Shown here one piece after another: positions 19,353 to 28,857 of a stretch of 64,000 nucleotides of DNA. The stretch comes from Clostridia bacterium. GTDB lineage: Bacteria; Bacillota; Clostridia; Oscillospirales; CAG-272. Positions within the stretch are counted from its first letter, which is position 1. Every line of letters begins with the position of its first letter. Below the pieces are notes generated by a model. That model was given only the letters and a program-made list of their open reading frames with translations. It was not told the origin of the DNA and ran no database searches. Made by a program: the position numbers and the translations under genes. The stretch is taken from NCBI GenBank assembly GCA_017520505.1, contig JAFXFN010000014.1, forward strand, positions 1,115 through 65,114. Direction: 5' to 3'.

Positions 19353-19946
19353 GTGGGCAGTAACGAGTTTCGTGATGCGTTTGATTATCCAAGCACCGAA
19401 CAACTGAAAACGGAATACGACAGGGAGAAATATAAAAAAAGATACAGACGGGTTTTACGAAGTACAATATATATTCTTATTGTAGTTTCGGCGGTGGCTG
19501 TGCTTGTAGCCACCTTGCTTATGCCGGTGCTTCAGATCTACGGTACATCGATGACACCGACTCTTAATGAGGGTGATATTGTTATATCCGTTAAAAATTC
19601 CGACTTTAAGCCGGGTGAGCTTATGGTCTTTTATGTCGGAAATAAGGTTCTTGTAAAAAGATATATCGCAGGTCCCGGACAATGGGTTGACATCGATGAA
19701 GACGGAAATGTTTTTGTTGACGGAAAGCCTCTTGAAGAGCCGTATATCGTAAATAAGGCTTTGGGCGACTGTAATATTGAACTTCCTTATCAAGTTCCCG
19801 AAAACAAAATATTCTGTATGGGTGACCATCGGGAAACATCGATCGACTCACGAAATACGGCAGTCGGCTGTGTTTCAGACGAACAGCTTGTCGGAAAGAT
19901 AGTGTTCAGAGTATGGCCAATCAAAGAATTCGGAACGATTAAATAA
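19353..19946 (+). CDS. lepB: Signal peptidase I (LepB type, S26A)
   Basis: YGTSMTPTLNEGD (Ser), VKRYIAGPG (Lys) and GDHRETSIDSR. I prefer the GTG start at 19353 (AAAGGAAG 7 nt upstream). The track gives TTG 19335. Confidence 0.8.
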   Translation: MGSNEFRDAFDYPSTEQLKTEYDREKYKKRYRRVLRSTIYILIVVSAVAVLVATLLMPVLQIYGTSMTPTLNEGDIVISVKNSDFKPGELMVFYVGNKVLVKRYIAGPGQWVDIDEDGNVFVDGKPLEEPYIVNKALGDCNIELPYQVPENKIFCMGDHRETSIDSRNTAVGCVSDEQLVGKIVFRVWPIKEFGTIK

Positions 19947-20070
19947 GTAATAAATAAGTAAATAATAAATAGCAATTAATTTCATATTTTGTATATACGC
20001 CTTTTGGCTAACGTGACTCATAAAGTAAGACTAATATTTTATATCGACTAATGAAAGGAGGAGGACTTTA

Positions 20071-23000
20071 ATGAATAACGAAGCTTTGAACCAAATATCG
20101 GAATTTGCAAAAAAGCATCAGCGTAAAAAACGCTGGCACAGTGTTGTTACAACATTGGCGGCAGTTGTTGTATTTGTAACGACCTATGCGCTTATTCTCC
20201 CTGCTATAACTATGGATAGCGAGCCCTCCTGTAACTTGACAGAACATATACATACAAATGAGTGCTTTTCGCTTGTTGACGGCGAAAATGTACTGTTATG
20301 CGAACTTACAGAACACACGCATCACGAGATAGCGTGTTATTCCGACCGTTCGGCAGATGTTGAAACGAAAGACGATTGGGAATCTGTTTTAGCGGATGTT
20401 AAGCTTGTGGGACAATGGAACAGGGACGTTCTTCTTGTTGCTCGCTCACAGCTTGGTTACCGTGAAAGCAGTAAAAACGTCATCTGCGATGAAAACGGTG
20501 TGCTTCAGGGTTATACCCGCTACGGCGAATGGTATGGCGAGCCCTACGGAAAATGGTCCTGTACGTTCGTTTCTTTTTGTCTTGAATATGCGGGCGTCAA
20601 GGGAATGCCCTTGAGTGATGACTGCGTTGAATGGATAAACATACTTTCAGAAGAGAAATACGGCTTCTACAGAAAAGCCGGAGAGCATACACCGTCAGCC
20701 GGTGAAATAGTGTTCGTTGATAAAAACGGCGACGGCACAGCAGACGGTGTCGGCATTATCGATCAGGTCATACCGCAGATCGCTGACAAGGGCGCAAAGC
20801 TCAAGGTTATAGAGGGCGGCTTATCTGAGCAAGTACAGTATACAATATATGAATATTCGTCAAATTCAATATTGGGCTACTCGATACTTCCCGACGGTAT
20901 GTATAAGCAGCAGACACTTTCAGCTCAGATATTCACAGATGCAACGTACCAAAACGCATTTGACGGTGACGGTGCTGTGATCACAGTAAGCGGTATTTTG
21001 CCGAAGGCGGGTAAAATATATGCGTATCCCGTTGTTTTGGACGGTGAAGATACTGTGTGTGCATACGACATTACTGTTTTTGACAGCGAGGGAAATACGT
21101 TTGAGCCTTTTGAAGGCGACAGCCTTAAAGTAACGATCCTGTCAGATAAATTAAAGAATGAAACTTTCCCCGAGGGTACTCACCCTGAGGTGTTCTATAT
21201 ACCGAATGAAGGAGAACCCGAAAGAATTGCCACGGACAGCACGGAAAACGGCGTTGAGTTTTCGGCAGGTCACTTCTCTGTGTATGCTGTGCGTGCTGTT
21301 TCGGAAACAACGGTATCTTCATTCCGAAATCTGCAGAATGCGATAAGCAACAATAAACCATATATCAAGCTGACTGCATCGATTTCGGTAACAAGCAGAC
21401 TTGATATTCAAAATAAAAATATAACAATTGATCTTAACGGCTACAGATTGACAGCAGGTGCAAGTTCAACGATGTTCCAGCTTAATTCTGGCGGTAATTT
21501 AACGATAGTTGATTCAAAACAACAGTCCGAAACTGTAACAAAGGTCAATTCCTCAACTGCATCTTACGGAAACAAAGCAACGCTTTCGGTGTCAAATAAT
21601 AATGCTGCATTAACTTATTATGTGACCGAAACGGAGGTCGTTGATAAAAATACAGGTGCCACGCTTGAAACCTTGTACAAGCATACGGTAACGGCGGCAG
21701 GTTCTGTTGTAGGAAACGGTCAGCCGATAGTTACGGTAAACGGCGGTACGTTCACCCTTGAAAGCGGTATGCTCCGAAGCGGTACGAACAGAGCTGTTTA
21801 TATGACAAACGGTACGGCGAATATCACAGGCGGATACATCTGCGGATTTACAAAGTCGTACAGCGAAACGTGGTGGCAAAATCCCAATGAGTTCGGCGGT
21901 GCTGTTTTAGCATCAGGCGGAACGGTAAATATTTCAGGAAAAGCCGTACTTGCAGCCAATTCTGCAGGAAACGGCGGAGCCATCGGAACGAATGGCCAGC
22001 AGGTAACTCTTAATATAAGCGGCGGTATTATAAGTGGTAACACAGCTACTTACGATGATGCGGAATGCAGCGGTGGCGGTGGAATATCAGTCAATGATTC
22101 CAAAGTAACGATGACCGGCGGTTATATTACAAATAATGTCGCAAACGGAACCAAATATCTCGATGGCGGCGGCGGAATTTATTTAAGAGGCGGTAATTGT
22201 CAATTTACCATATCGGGCGGTTATTTTACTGCTAACAAAGCCAACGGCGGCGGTGCATTAAAGACAAAAGCTGATGATACTGTAAACTTTACAATGGCGG
22301 GCGGTTTCTTCTCGGGAAATGCGTCAACGGCGTGCGAGGGTGCAGGAGTTGCACTTGAGCGTAAAGCAAAAGGTTATCTTTCAGCGGGCTATATAACAAA
22401 TAATAAAATTCTTCAAACAGTTCACTGGGGCGGCGGCGGCTTCTTCTGTGCTGACCAAGCGGAGGTTCATATGAACTACCTGCTTGTCACAAACAACACA
22501 GCAGGTGGCTTCGGCGGCGGTGTTGCAGGATGTCCTACGGGTAAGCTTACGCTTTATGTAGACAGCGGCTGTGCCGTGTTTGATAACGATGACGTTATAT
22601 CCGGTGAAGTAAACTGGGTTTCGGGCGGTACAAAGGACGGCGAGGACTTCAAACGATGCGATGAAGTTTTCCAGAGCCACGGCCACGAGGACTTTTTCTG
22701 TGCAAATGAGAGTACGATTTTTGGAACGATGCTCGCTGATGGGTCTGCAGAATGGGAGGGAAGCGCTGACGGCGTTCTCGTAACGGCGAGCAAAGGCGAT
22801 GTACTTACCGCATATAATGTAATGGGACTTCAGTCTCATGCAAGTGATGAAGACAAGCGTGATGCTATGGCTGCATCAAAATTGTTTATCAACGGCAACC
22901 ACTCTGACACGCACGGCGGCGGAATAATGTGTAACGGATTGCTGATAGTAGGTGAAGCGGCAAACTTTACCGTTCCTACGCAAGTAAAGATACAAGCCAA

Positions 23001-24405
23001 TAAGGCTCTTTATAAGGGTGGAACCAATGAGGCTCTTCCTTTAGATAATTATAATTTTAACTTCAACCTCGTTAAAGGCTATCTCAACGGAGAGGTGCTC
23101 GAAACGGTAAAATGTGACAGCGAAGGCTTTTTATCATTCAGTAATGGATTGAAATTTTTCGAAGACGGTACTTACAATTATTATATAATGGAAGTACCGG
23201 ATGAAAAAACAAACACGGTGCTGTTTGACAATTCGATATATAGAGTTACGTTTAATGTAAAACGTGACAACGGTACGGAATTTAACGGTAAGACTAAATA
23301 CACGTATCAAATAACGAGTATGTCGGTTGATAAAAGTACAGATGACGGCAATACGTGGTCAAACATTCACCAAAGCTCAAACGCACAGGGTGAATCTGTT
23401 ACAATTGCTCTTTCAAAAGGCTATGCTTTTGTAAACCGTACAATGGAATTTACAAAGTTGACCGTCAAAAAGCAATGGGACGGTGCAGTAGGCGCTGATT
23501 CAGTTACTGTCACCCTGAAGCAGGACGGTGTTGAATATAACAAAGTAACTTTGAGCGCGGCAAACGGTTGGGAATATACGTGGAACAATCTGCCGACAGG
23601 ACATCAGTATACGGTAGAGGAAGAGTCGGTGTTCGGCTATACACCGAGCTACAATGTTGTACCCGGCAAAATGACAACGGTGCAAAAACAGCTCGGTAAC
23701 GGAACGTATTGGGTGCCCGCAACTTCTATTCAATCAAATAAAAAATACATCATCGTAAGCTCTGACGGTAAAAAGGCATTGTGTGTTACAAGCGACCACA
23801 CCGACTCCGCATTTACGTCAGAAGATACAACGGATGTTTCGGCACAGCGCAGTCAGATAACGCTGAACGGAACGAAATATGATTTCTGGATGAGTAATAT
23901 AACTCTTGCAAAGGGTGCAACATTTACACCGCAGACAAGAGGCAAGGGCGGTACTGCTCTGAAGAGCGATATCGGTGATTCTTGGCTTTTGGCACAGGAG
24001 GCGGGCGGAAATGTTCTGAAGAGTACAAACAGTATCGACTGGTCGTCTTTGGTGGTTGGCCAAAACGGACTTTTGAAGGTGAATTATGAGTTTGAAGGTA
24101 CAGCTAACGATCTTCGTACAGTTGTCTTTGAAAACGGTAAATTCAATACTGTTAAGGACGATGCACCACTCAATGCGGCGATGCTCTTGACACAGGTAAG
24201 CGGTAATCCGACGGTTACTGAAACGACGATTCAAGATGCGGTGATAATTATCACAAACGCAGGTTCGCCCGGTTATCAATTACCCGAAACAGGCGGAAAC
24301 GGAACATTTATGTATATTGCGGCAGGCACAGCGCTTATTATGCTCGGCGCCTACCTCGCATATAGAAAAATCAAGGGCGGAAGGGAGGACATCGCATCCC
24401 TCTGA
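20071..24405 (+). CDS. 1444-aa LPXTG surface protein: N-terminal TM, Cys/His motif pair, CHAP-like domain, long parallel beta-helix, CnaB-type domain and an unassigned C-terminal domain
   Basis: Strong RBS AAAGGAGGAGG. The domain order is as follows. TM helix VVTTLAAVVVFVTTYALILPAI. Motif pair CNLTEHIHTNEC and CELTEHTHHEIAC. CHAP-like segment GKWSCTFVSF...GEIVFVD. About 700 aa of GGG/GGA-containing beta-helix rungs. CnaB-like segment TVKKQWDG...VTVTLKQDG...GWEYTWNNLP. C-terminal LPETGGNGTF, a TM helix and a basic tail. Confidence 0.8.
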   Translation: MNNEALNQISEFAKKHQRKKRWHSVVTTLAAVVVFVTTYALILPAITMDSEPSCNLTEHIHTNECFSLVDGENVLLCELTEHTHHEIACYSDRSADVETKDDWESVLADVKLVGQWNRDVLLVARSQLGYRESSKNVICDENGVLQGYTRYGEWYGEPYGKWSCTFVSFCLEYAGVKGMPLSDDCVEWINILSEEKYGFYRKAGEHTPSAGEIVFVDKNGDGTADGVGIIDQVIPQIADKGAKLKVIEGGLSEQVQYTIYEYSSNSILGYSILPDGMYKQQTLSAQIFTDATYQNAFDGDGAVITVSGILPKAGKIYAYPVVLDGEDTVCAYDITVFDSEGNTFEPFEGDSLKVTILSDKLKNETFPEGTHPEVFYIPNEGEPERIATDSTENGVEFSAGHFSVYAVRAVSETTVSSFRNLQNAISNNKPYIKLTASISVTSRLDIQNKNITIDLNGYRLTAGASSTMFQLNSGGNLTIVDSKQQSETVTKVNSSTASYGNKATLSVSNNNAALTYYVTETEVVDKNTGATLETLYKHTVTAAGSVVGNGQPIVTVNGGTFTLESGMLRSGTNRAVYMTNGTANITGGYICGFTKSYSETWWQNPNEFGGAVLASGGTVNISGKAVLAANSAGNGGAIGTNGQQVTLNISGGIISGNTATYDDAECSGGGGISVNDSKVTMTGGYITNNVANGTKYLDGGGGIYLRGGNCQFTISGGYFTANKANGGGALKTKADDTVNFTMAGGFFSGNASTACEGAGVALERKAKGYLSAGYITNNKILQTVHWGGGGFFCADQAEVHMNYLLVTNNTAGGFGGGVAGCPTGKLTLYVDSGCAVFDNDDVISGEVNWVSGGTKDGEDFKRCDEVFQSHGHEDFFCANESTIFGTMLADGSAEWEGSADGVLVTASKGDVLTAYNVMGLQSHASDEDKRDAMAASKLFINGNHSDTHGGGIMCNGLLIVGEAANFTVPTQVKIQANKALYKGGTNEALPLDNYNFNFNLVKGYLNGEVLETVKCDSEGFLSFSNGLKFFEDGTYNYYIMEVPDEKTNTVLFDNSIYRVTFNVKRDNGTEFNGKTKYTYQITSMSVDKSTDDGNTWSNIHQSSNAQGESVTIALSKGYAFVNRTMEFTKLTVKKQWDGAVGADSVTVTLKQDGVEYNKVTLSAANGWEYTWNNLPTGHQYTVEEESVFGYTPSYNVVPGKMTTVQKQLGNGTYWVPATSIQSNKKYIIVSSDGKKALCVTSDHTDSAFTSEDTTDVSAQRSQITLNGTKYDFWMSNITLAKGATFTPQTRGKGGTALKSDIGDSWLLAQEAGGNVLKSTNSIDWSSLVVGQNGLLKVNYEFEGTANDLRTVVFENGKFNTVKDDAPLNAAMLLTQVSGNPTVTETTIQDAVIIITNAGSPGYQLPETGGNGTFMYIAAGTALIMLGAYLAYRKIKGGREDIASL

Positions 24406-24458
24406 TGCCGGAAATCTTTAATTTAAAAATATATTTAACCGAAAGGAAAAACAAAAAA

Positions 24459-26150
24459 ATGAAAAACGCAAAAAGAATCAGCGCAGTGCTGCTCGCCTTT
24501 GTAATGATTTTTGCAATGTCATTTACAACATTCGCATTTGATATTACACTTGTAAGCGGCGAAAACAAACCCACAGCAGGCCACACTTACGATATCTATC
24601 AGATATTCACAGGCGACCTCGAAGACGGTGTTCTTGCGAACATCAAGTACGGTGCAAACTACACACCCGACGGCAAAGCCGCAGGCGATCTTGTTGAGAA
24701 GAGCGTTCTCGACTCTATCACAGACGCACGTGCATTTGCTAAGAGTATCGTAGACAACGATCAGCTTACAGGCGATGCCGTAGCAGTTCTCAATGAAGAA
24801 AACGGTTGGGAAGCTAAGGGACTTGACGCAGGTTATTACCTCGTTGTTGAAAAGACAGTTGCCGACGATCTTCCCGAAGGCGAAACACTTTCTGCATACA
24901 TCATCAAGGTGCAGGACAATGTTGTTATGAGCCCCAAGTCAGGTGTTACACACATTGACAAGATCATCTCCAACGATGACAACAAGATCGACAACAACCT
25001 TGATATTACAGCAGACGGTAAGTTCGATAACGTAAGTATCGGTTCAAATGTTGAATTTACTCTTACAACACCCATTCTTACAAACGCAAATGACTTCGAC
25101 TTCTGTTACTTCATCATCAGCGATAAGCTCTGCGACGGCTTCACATTCAACAATAACATCGCAGTTACGATCGGCGGCGAAGATGCAGTTCTCGGCGAAG
25201 ACTACACAGTATTCACAGGTGATGAGGCTGACGGTTACACATTCCGTGTAGCACTTCTCAAGGCTAACGAAAATGCAGGTGAAGATGTTATCGTTACATA
25301 TACAGCACTTCTCAATGACAGGGCTGTTATCGGCGAGATCGAAGGTAACCCCAACAGAGCAAACCTTACATATTCAAACAACCCCGAATACGATTACGAG
25401 GATACACACGAAAACGGCAAGCCCAAGGATGAATACAAGCCCGAAGAAGGTGGTTCAGGCAAGTACAAGCTCCCTCTCGGCGTAACAGTTGACATCTGGA
25501 CACGTACATACACAACAGGTATCAAGGTCGTTAAGGTTGACGAAAACGGCAACGCACTTCCCGGTGCATCCTTTAAGCTCGAAGGCGTGAACGTTGTAGG
25601 CGTACTTGTTAAGCGCGAAGTATTTACAGAGTCTGAAAACGGTGAATACTGGCTCCTTAAGAATGGCTTCTATACAAAGGACGATCCCGCTACAGAAGGA
25701 ATGGATACTTCAGTGTATGCAGACGTAAACAAGAAGTACGAAAAGACTGTTGTTACAGAGCAGGATGCTGTTATAACAGACGAAATGGTTGAAGGTGCAG
25801 TAGGCGCTAACGGCGTTATCATATTCGACGGTCTCGGCGAAGGCACATACACGATCACGGAAACAGTTACTCCCGCAGGATATAACACAATAGCTCCTTT
25901 CAATGTTGTTATTGAATGGGATGCTCCCGAACAGGGTTCCAAGGACTGCAACTGGACAGTTGAGGTTGCTGACAAAGAAATCGAAATGAACGAAGACGGT
26001 GTGTTTGCGTTTGAGATCGTAAACCATTCAGGTATTGAGCTTCCCGAAACAGGTGGCATCGGTACAACGATATTCTATATCGTAGGTGCTGCTTTGGTAA
26101 TAGGCGCAGTTGTAATTCTTGTTACAAGAAAGCGTATGAGCAAGAACTGA
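24459..26150 (+). CDS. Major pilin candidate (SpaA-type isopeptide-forming fimbrial subunit)
   Basis: Signal peptide MKNAKRISAVLLAFVMIFAMSFTTFA. There is a pilin-motif-like DNVVMSPK and an E-box-like YTITETVTPAGY. The C-terminus is ELPETGGIGTTIF, a TM helix and TRKRMSKN. Confidence 0.7.
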   Translation: MKNAKRISAVLLAFVMIFAMSFTTFAFDITLVSGENKPTAGHTYDIYQIFTGDLEDGVLANIKYGANYTPDGKAAGDLVEKSVLDSITDARAFAKSIVDNDQLTGDAVAVLNEENGWEAKGLDAGYYLVVEKTVADDLPEGETLSAYIIKVQDNVVMSPKSGVTHIDKIISNDDNKIDNNLDITADGKFDNVSIGSNVEFTLTTPILTNANDFDFCYFIISDKLCDGFTFNNNIAVTIGGEDAVLGEDYTVFTGDEADGYTFRVALLKANENAGEDVIVTYTALLNDRAVIGEIEGNPNRANLTYSNNPEYDYEDTHENGKPKDEYKPEEGGSGKYKLPLGVTVDIWTRTYTTGIKVVKVDENGNALPGASFKLEGVNVVGVLVKREVFTESENGEYWLLKNGFYTKDDPATEGMDTSVYADVNKKYEKTVVTEQDAVITDEMVEGAVGANGVIIFDGLGEGTYTITETVTPAGYNTIAPFNVVIEWDAPEQGSKDCNWTVEVADKEIEMNEDGVFAFEIVNHSGIELPETGGIGTTIFYIVGAALVIGAVVILVTRKRMSKN

Positions 26151-26166
26151 ACGTAATTTTTACAAA

Positions 26167-26204
26167 CTGCTGTAACTCCCCGTAATAAGGGTGGGTTACA
26201 GCAG
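26167..26204 (+). promoter_or_regulatory. Stem-loop between the pilin and sortase genes (possible partial terminator or processing site)
   Basis: ctgctgtaac...gttacagcag is a 10-bp perfect stem with further imperfect pairing. There is no T-tract. The sortase RBS follows immediately. Confidence 0.35.
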
Positions 26205-26220
26205 TGAGGAGAACCCTTCA

Positions 26221-27075
26221 ATGAAAAAGAAAACGAATAAATTAACAACATTTTTATTGATAATAAGCTTAATTGCAGGGTTGTCCTTACTGCTGTATCC
26301 GACAGTAAGTGATCATTGGAATTCCTTGACGCAGTCAAAGACTATTGCAAGCTACGTTGAAAACGTAGCAGACCTTAATAAAGAGAAATATGACGGCATT
26401 ATAAATGCCGCATCGGAATATAACGCTTCGCTGAAAAACAGATACAACAGTTATGTATTAAGTGAACAGCAAAAAAAGGAATACACAGAGCTGCTCAATG
26501 TTTCAGGCGACGGTGTTATGGGATACGTTGACATTCCAGCCGTCAGGATCACATTGCCCGTATACCACGGAACGTCTGAAGAGGTGCTTCAGACAACGGT
26601 AGGACACCTCGAATGGACGAGTCTGCCTGTCGGCGGTGTGGATACGCACTGCGTTATTTCAGGGCACAGAGGCTTGCCGAGCGCAAAGCTCTTTACGGAT
26701 CTTGACAAGCTCATTGAGGGCGATATTTTTATGCTCCGTGTGCTTGACGAGGTGCTTACATACGAAATTGACCGTATCAGAATAGTTGAACCTACGGACA
26801 CCAAGGACCTTCAGATAGTTATCGGTGAGGATCTTTGTACGCTCGTGACTTGCACACCGTACGGTGTAAATTCCCACCGTATGCTTGTAAGAGGACACAG
26901 AATAGAAAATATAGAAGAATCGGAAGTGGCACGTGTTGTATCCGATGCAATACAGATAGAACCGCTGATAGTTGCGCCGATAGTGGCAATACCGATGCTG
27001 TTGGTACTGCTTATAGTGCTGATGATTCCGAAAAAAGCTAATGGAAGAAAGAGAGATGATACCGATGAAGTGTAG
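26221..27075 (+). CDS. srtC: Class C (pilus-polymerising) sortase
   Basis: N-terminal TM, VISGHRGLPSAKLFTDLDKL (His), LCTLVTCTPYGVNSHRMLVRGHR (TLVTC Cys and Arg) and a C-terminal TM lid/anchor. Confidence 0.85.
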   Translation: MKKKTNKLTTFLLIISLIAGLSLLLYPTVSDHWNSLTQSKTIASYVENVADLNKEKYDGIINAASEYNASLKNRYNSYVLSEQQKKEYTELLNVSGDGVMGYVDIPAVRITLPVYHGTSEEVLQTTVGHLEWTSLPVGGVDTHCVISGHRGLPSAKLFTDLDKLIEGDIFMLRVLDEVLTYEIDRIRIVEPTDTKDLQIVIGEDLCTLVTCTPYGVNSHRMLVRGHRIENIEESEVARVVSDAIQIEPLIVAPIVAIPMLLVLLIVLMIPKKANGRKRDDTDEV

Positions 27076-27958
27076 ACAAAAAATCAGCGCTGCTCTTGCT
27101 GTTATACTGTTGATGCTGCCGTTTATGATCGTTTTTGCATCGGCATCGTCATACGCTGACTTTGAACGTGAGGTAAGCCTCGAAATAACGGATATACCGT
27201 TTGCAAATATGAAATTTTATGCGTATTTTGTGGCTGAATTTGATAAAAACGGTAAGCTTACACCAGACGGTGATTTTGAATCCTTGAATCTTGATCTTGA
27301 AAGCGAGCTTGATTATTCATCACTTTCCGACATTCTTTCCAAAAAGGTATTGACCGACGGAATGAGTCCTGATCATACAGCTTTGAGTGATGAATACGGT
27401 CTTGCTTTGTTTGACGGTCCCGAGCTTAATCAAGGCTTGTATATCATTATGAGTGAAAAATTCAGAAGAGATGACAAGGTATACAGTATGTCTCCGTTTG
27501 CGGTGACACTTCCGTTTGAATACGGCAACGAAACAGGCTATGATGTTTTTGCAAGCGCAAAGTTTGATGTTTCGCCTGCTCTTGATCTTTACACGGTATA
27601 TAAGGTATGGGACGATGAAGGCTCAGAGGATAAGCGTCCGCCTAAAATCGACATTATGCTTTATTGTGACGGCGAAATATATGATGAAATATCATTGCCA
27701 CACGAAGGAAGCTGGAAATACGAATGGCACGATCTGCCGGCAGACCATACTTGGTGGATAGAGGAAAAAGAAGTGACCGATTACAAAGCTTCGATTTCTC
27801 AAAACGGAACATCATTTACAATCACAAACAAATTTACAGGAAATACGCCTGAAGAGGATGTACCCTCAACGGGTCAGCTCTGGTGGCCTGTACCTATATT
27901 GCTTTGCACAGGACTTTTGTTTGTTTCCGTCGGAGTTATAAGAAGAACGAGAGCGTAA
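27065..27958 (+). CDS. Minor/basal pilin candidate with a CnaB-type domain and a VPSTG sorting signal
   Basis: Signal peptide MKCRQKISAALAVILLMLPFMIVFASA. The CnaB-like segment is YKVWDDEGSEDKRPPKIDIMLYCDGE...WKYEWHDLP. The C-terminus is VPSTGQ, a TM helix and RRTRA. It overlaps the sortase stop. Confidence 0.65.
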   Translation: MKCRQKISAALAVILLMLPFMIVFASASSYADFEREVSLEITDIPFANMKFYAYFVAEFDKNGKLTPDGDFESLNLDLESELDYSSLSDILSKKVLTDGMSPDHTALSDEYGLALFDGPELNQGLYIIMSEKFRRDDKVYSMSPFAVTLPFEYGNETGYDVFASAKFDVSPALDLYTVYKVWDDEGSEDKRPPKIDIMLYCDGEIYDEISLPHEGSWKYEWHDLPADHTWWIEEKEVTDYKASISQNGTSFTITNKFTGNTPEEDVPSTGQLWWPVPILLCTGLLFVSVGVIRRTRA

Positions 27959-28656
27959 TGAAAAAGGGAACTGTATTTATTGCTGTCGGAATTTTGATAA
28001 TTATTTCGGCATTAGCTCTTACAGGATATAATTTATATACATCTGATTCTGCTTACCGTGAGGCATCCTCTGCCCTCGGCAAATTGCAGGATATTATACC
28101 GAATCAGGGGAAACCTATAACACCGCCGATATACGGAAGCGGCGATGCGGTGACTGATGAAAACGGTGATACAGTAACGGAAGATATTATTGAAGAAGAC
28201 ATTGCTAAAGAAGACAAAACACCGGATTATGTAAAAAATCCGCAAATGGAAATGCCCGTGTATACTGTCGACGGACAGGATTATATAGGAGTTCTGGCAA
28301 TCCCCGAAATATCATTGGAGCTTCCGATCATATCCCAAATGTCTTCACCGAGGCTTAAAAAAGCACCGTGCAGATACAGCGGTTCTGCATATACCGATGA
28401 TCTTATAATAGGTGCGCATTGCTATGATAAATTTTTTGCAAAGCTCAAAAGTGTATCAAACGGAGCAGAGGTTAAATTTACCGATGTTGACGGTAATTTC
28501 TTCGTGTATAAGGTGATAGCAAAAGAAACCATCAACGAAAAAAATCCCGAAGAACTGAAATCGGGAGATTGGGAGCTTTCACTGTTCACTTGCCCTGTGC
28601 TTGCAAATACAGACAAACGCATAGTTTTGCGTTGTGAGCGCATATATCCTCAATAA
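27958..28656 (+). CDS. Second sortase-family transpeptidase (class uncertain)
   Basis: Its ATG overlaps the preceding TAA (TAATG). It has an N-terminal TM, LIIGAHCY (His), LSLFTCP (Cys) and VLRCERI (Arg). Confidence 0.7.
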   Translation: MKKGTVFIAVGILIIISALALTGYNLYTSDSAYREASSALGKLQDIIPNQGKPITPPIYGSGDAVTDENGDTVTEDIIEEDIAKEDKTPDYVKNPQMEMPVYTVDGQDYIGVLAIPEISLELPIISQMSSPRLKKAPCRYSGSAYTDDLIIGAHCYDKFFAKLKSVSNGAEVKFTDVDGNFFVYKVIAKETINEKNPEELKSGDWELSLFTCPVLANTDKRIVLRCERIYPQ

Positions 28657-28768
28657 AAATACAGCTGTTAATATTTGGTTTTCGTAAGGATGTTTGATTT
28701 CTTCTTGAAGGGACAAGCGCCCTCGAATGTCCGCTGAACTATAATTTCAACACAGTAAACAAATAATT

Positions 28769-28801
28769 AACCCCGACAGATTAAAAAAGTCTATCGGGGT
28801 T
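28769..28801. repeat. 33-bp palindromic element, copy 1 (the partner lies at 42323-42355 in inverted orientation)
   Basis: aaccccgacagattaaaaaagtctatcggggtt. Its reverse complement differs from the 42323 copy only in the loop. Confidence 0.7.
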
Positions 28802-28857
28802 CAATATTGCTATGAGTTTTGTATTACCACAATAAATAAAAGGAAGTTGTATATTCA

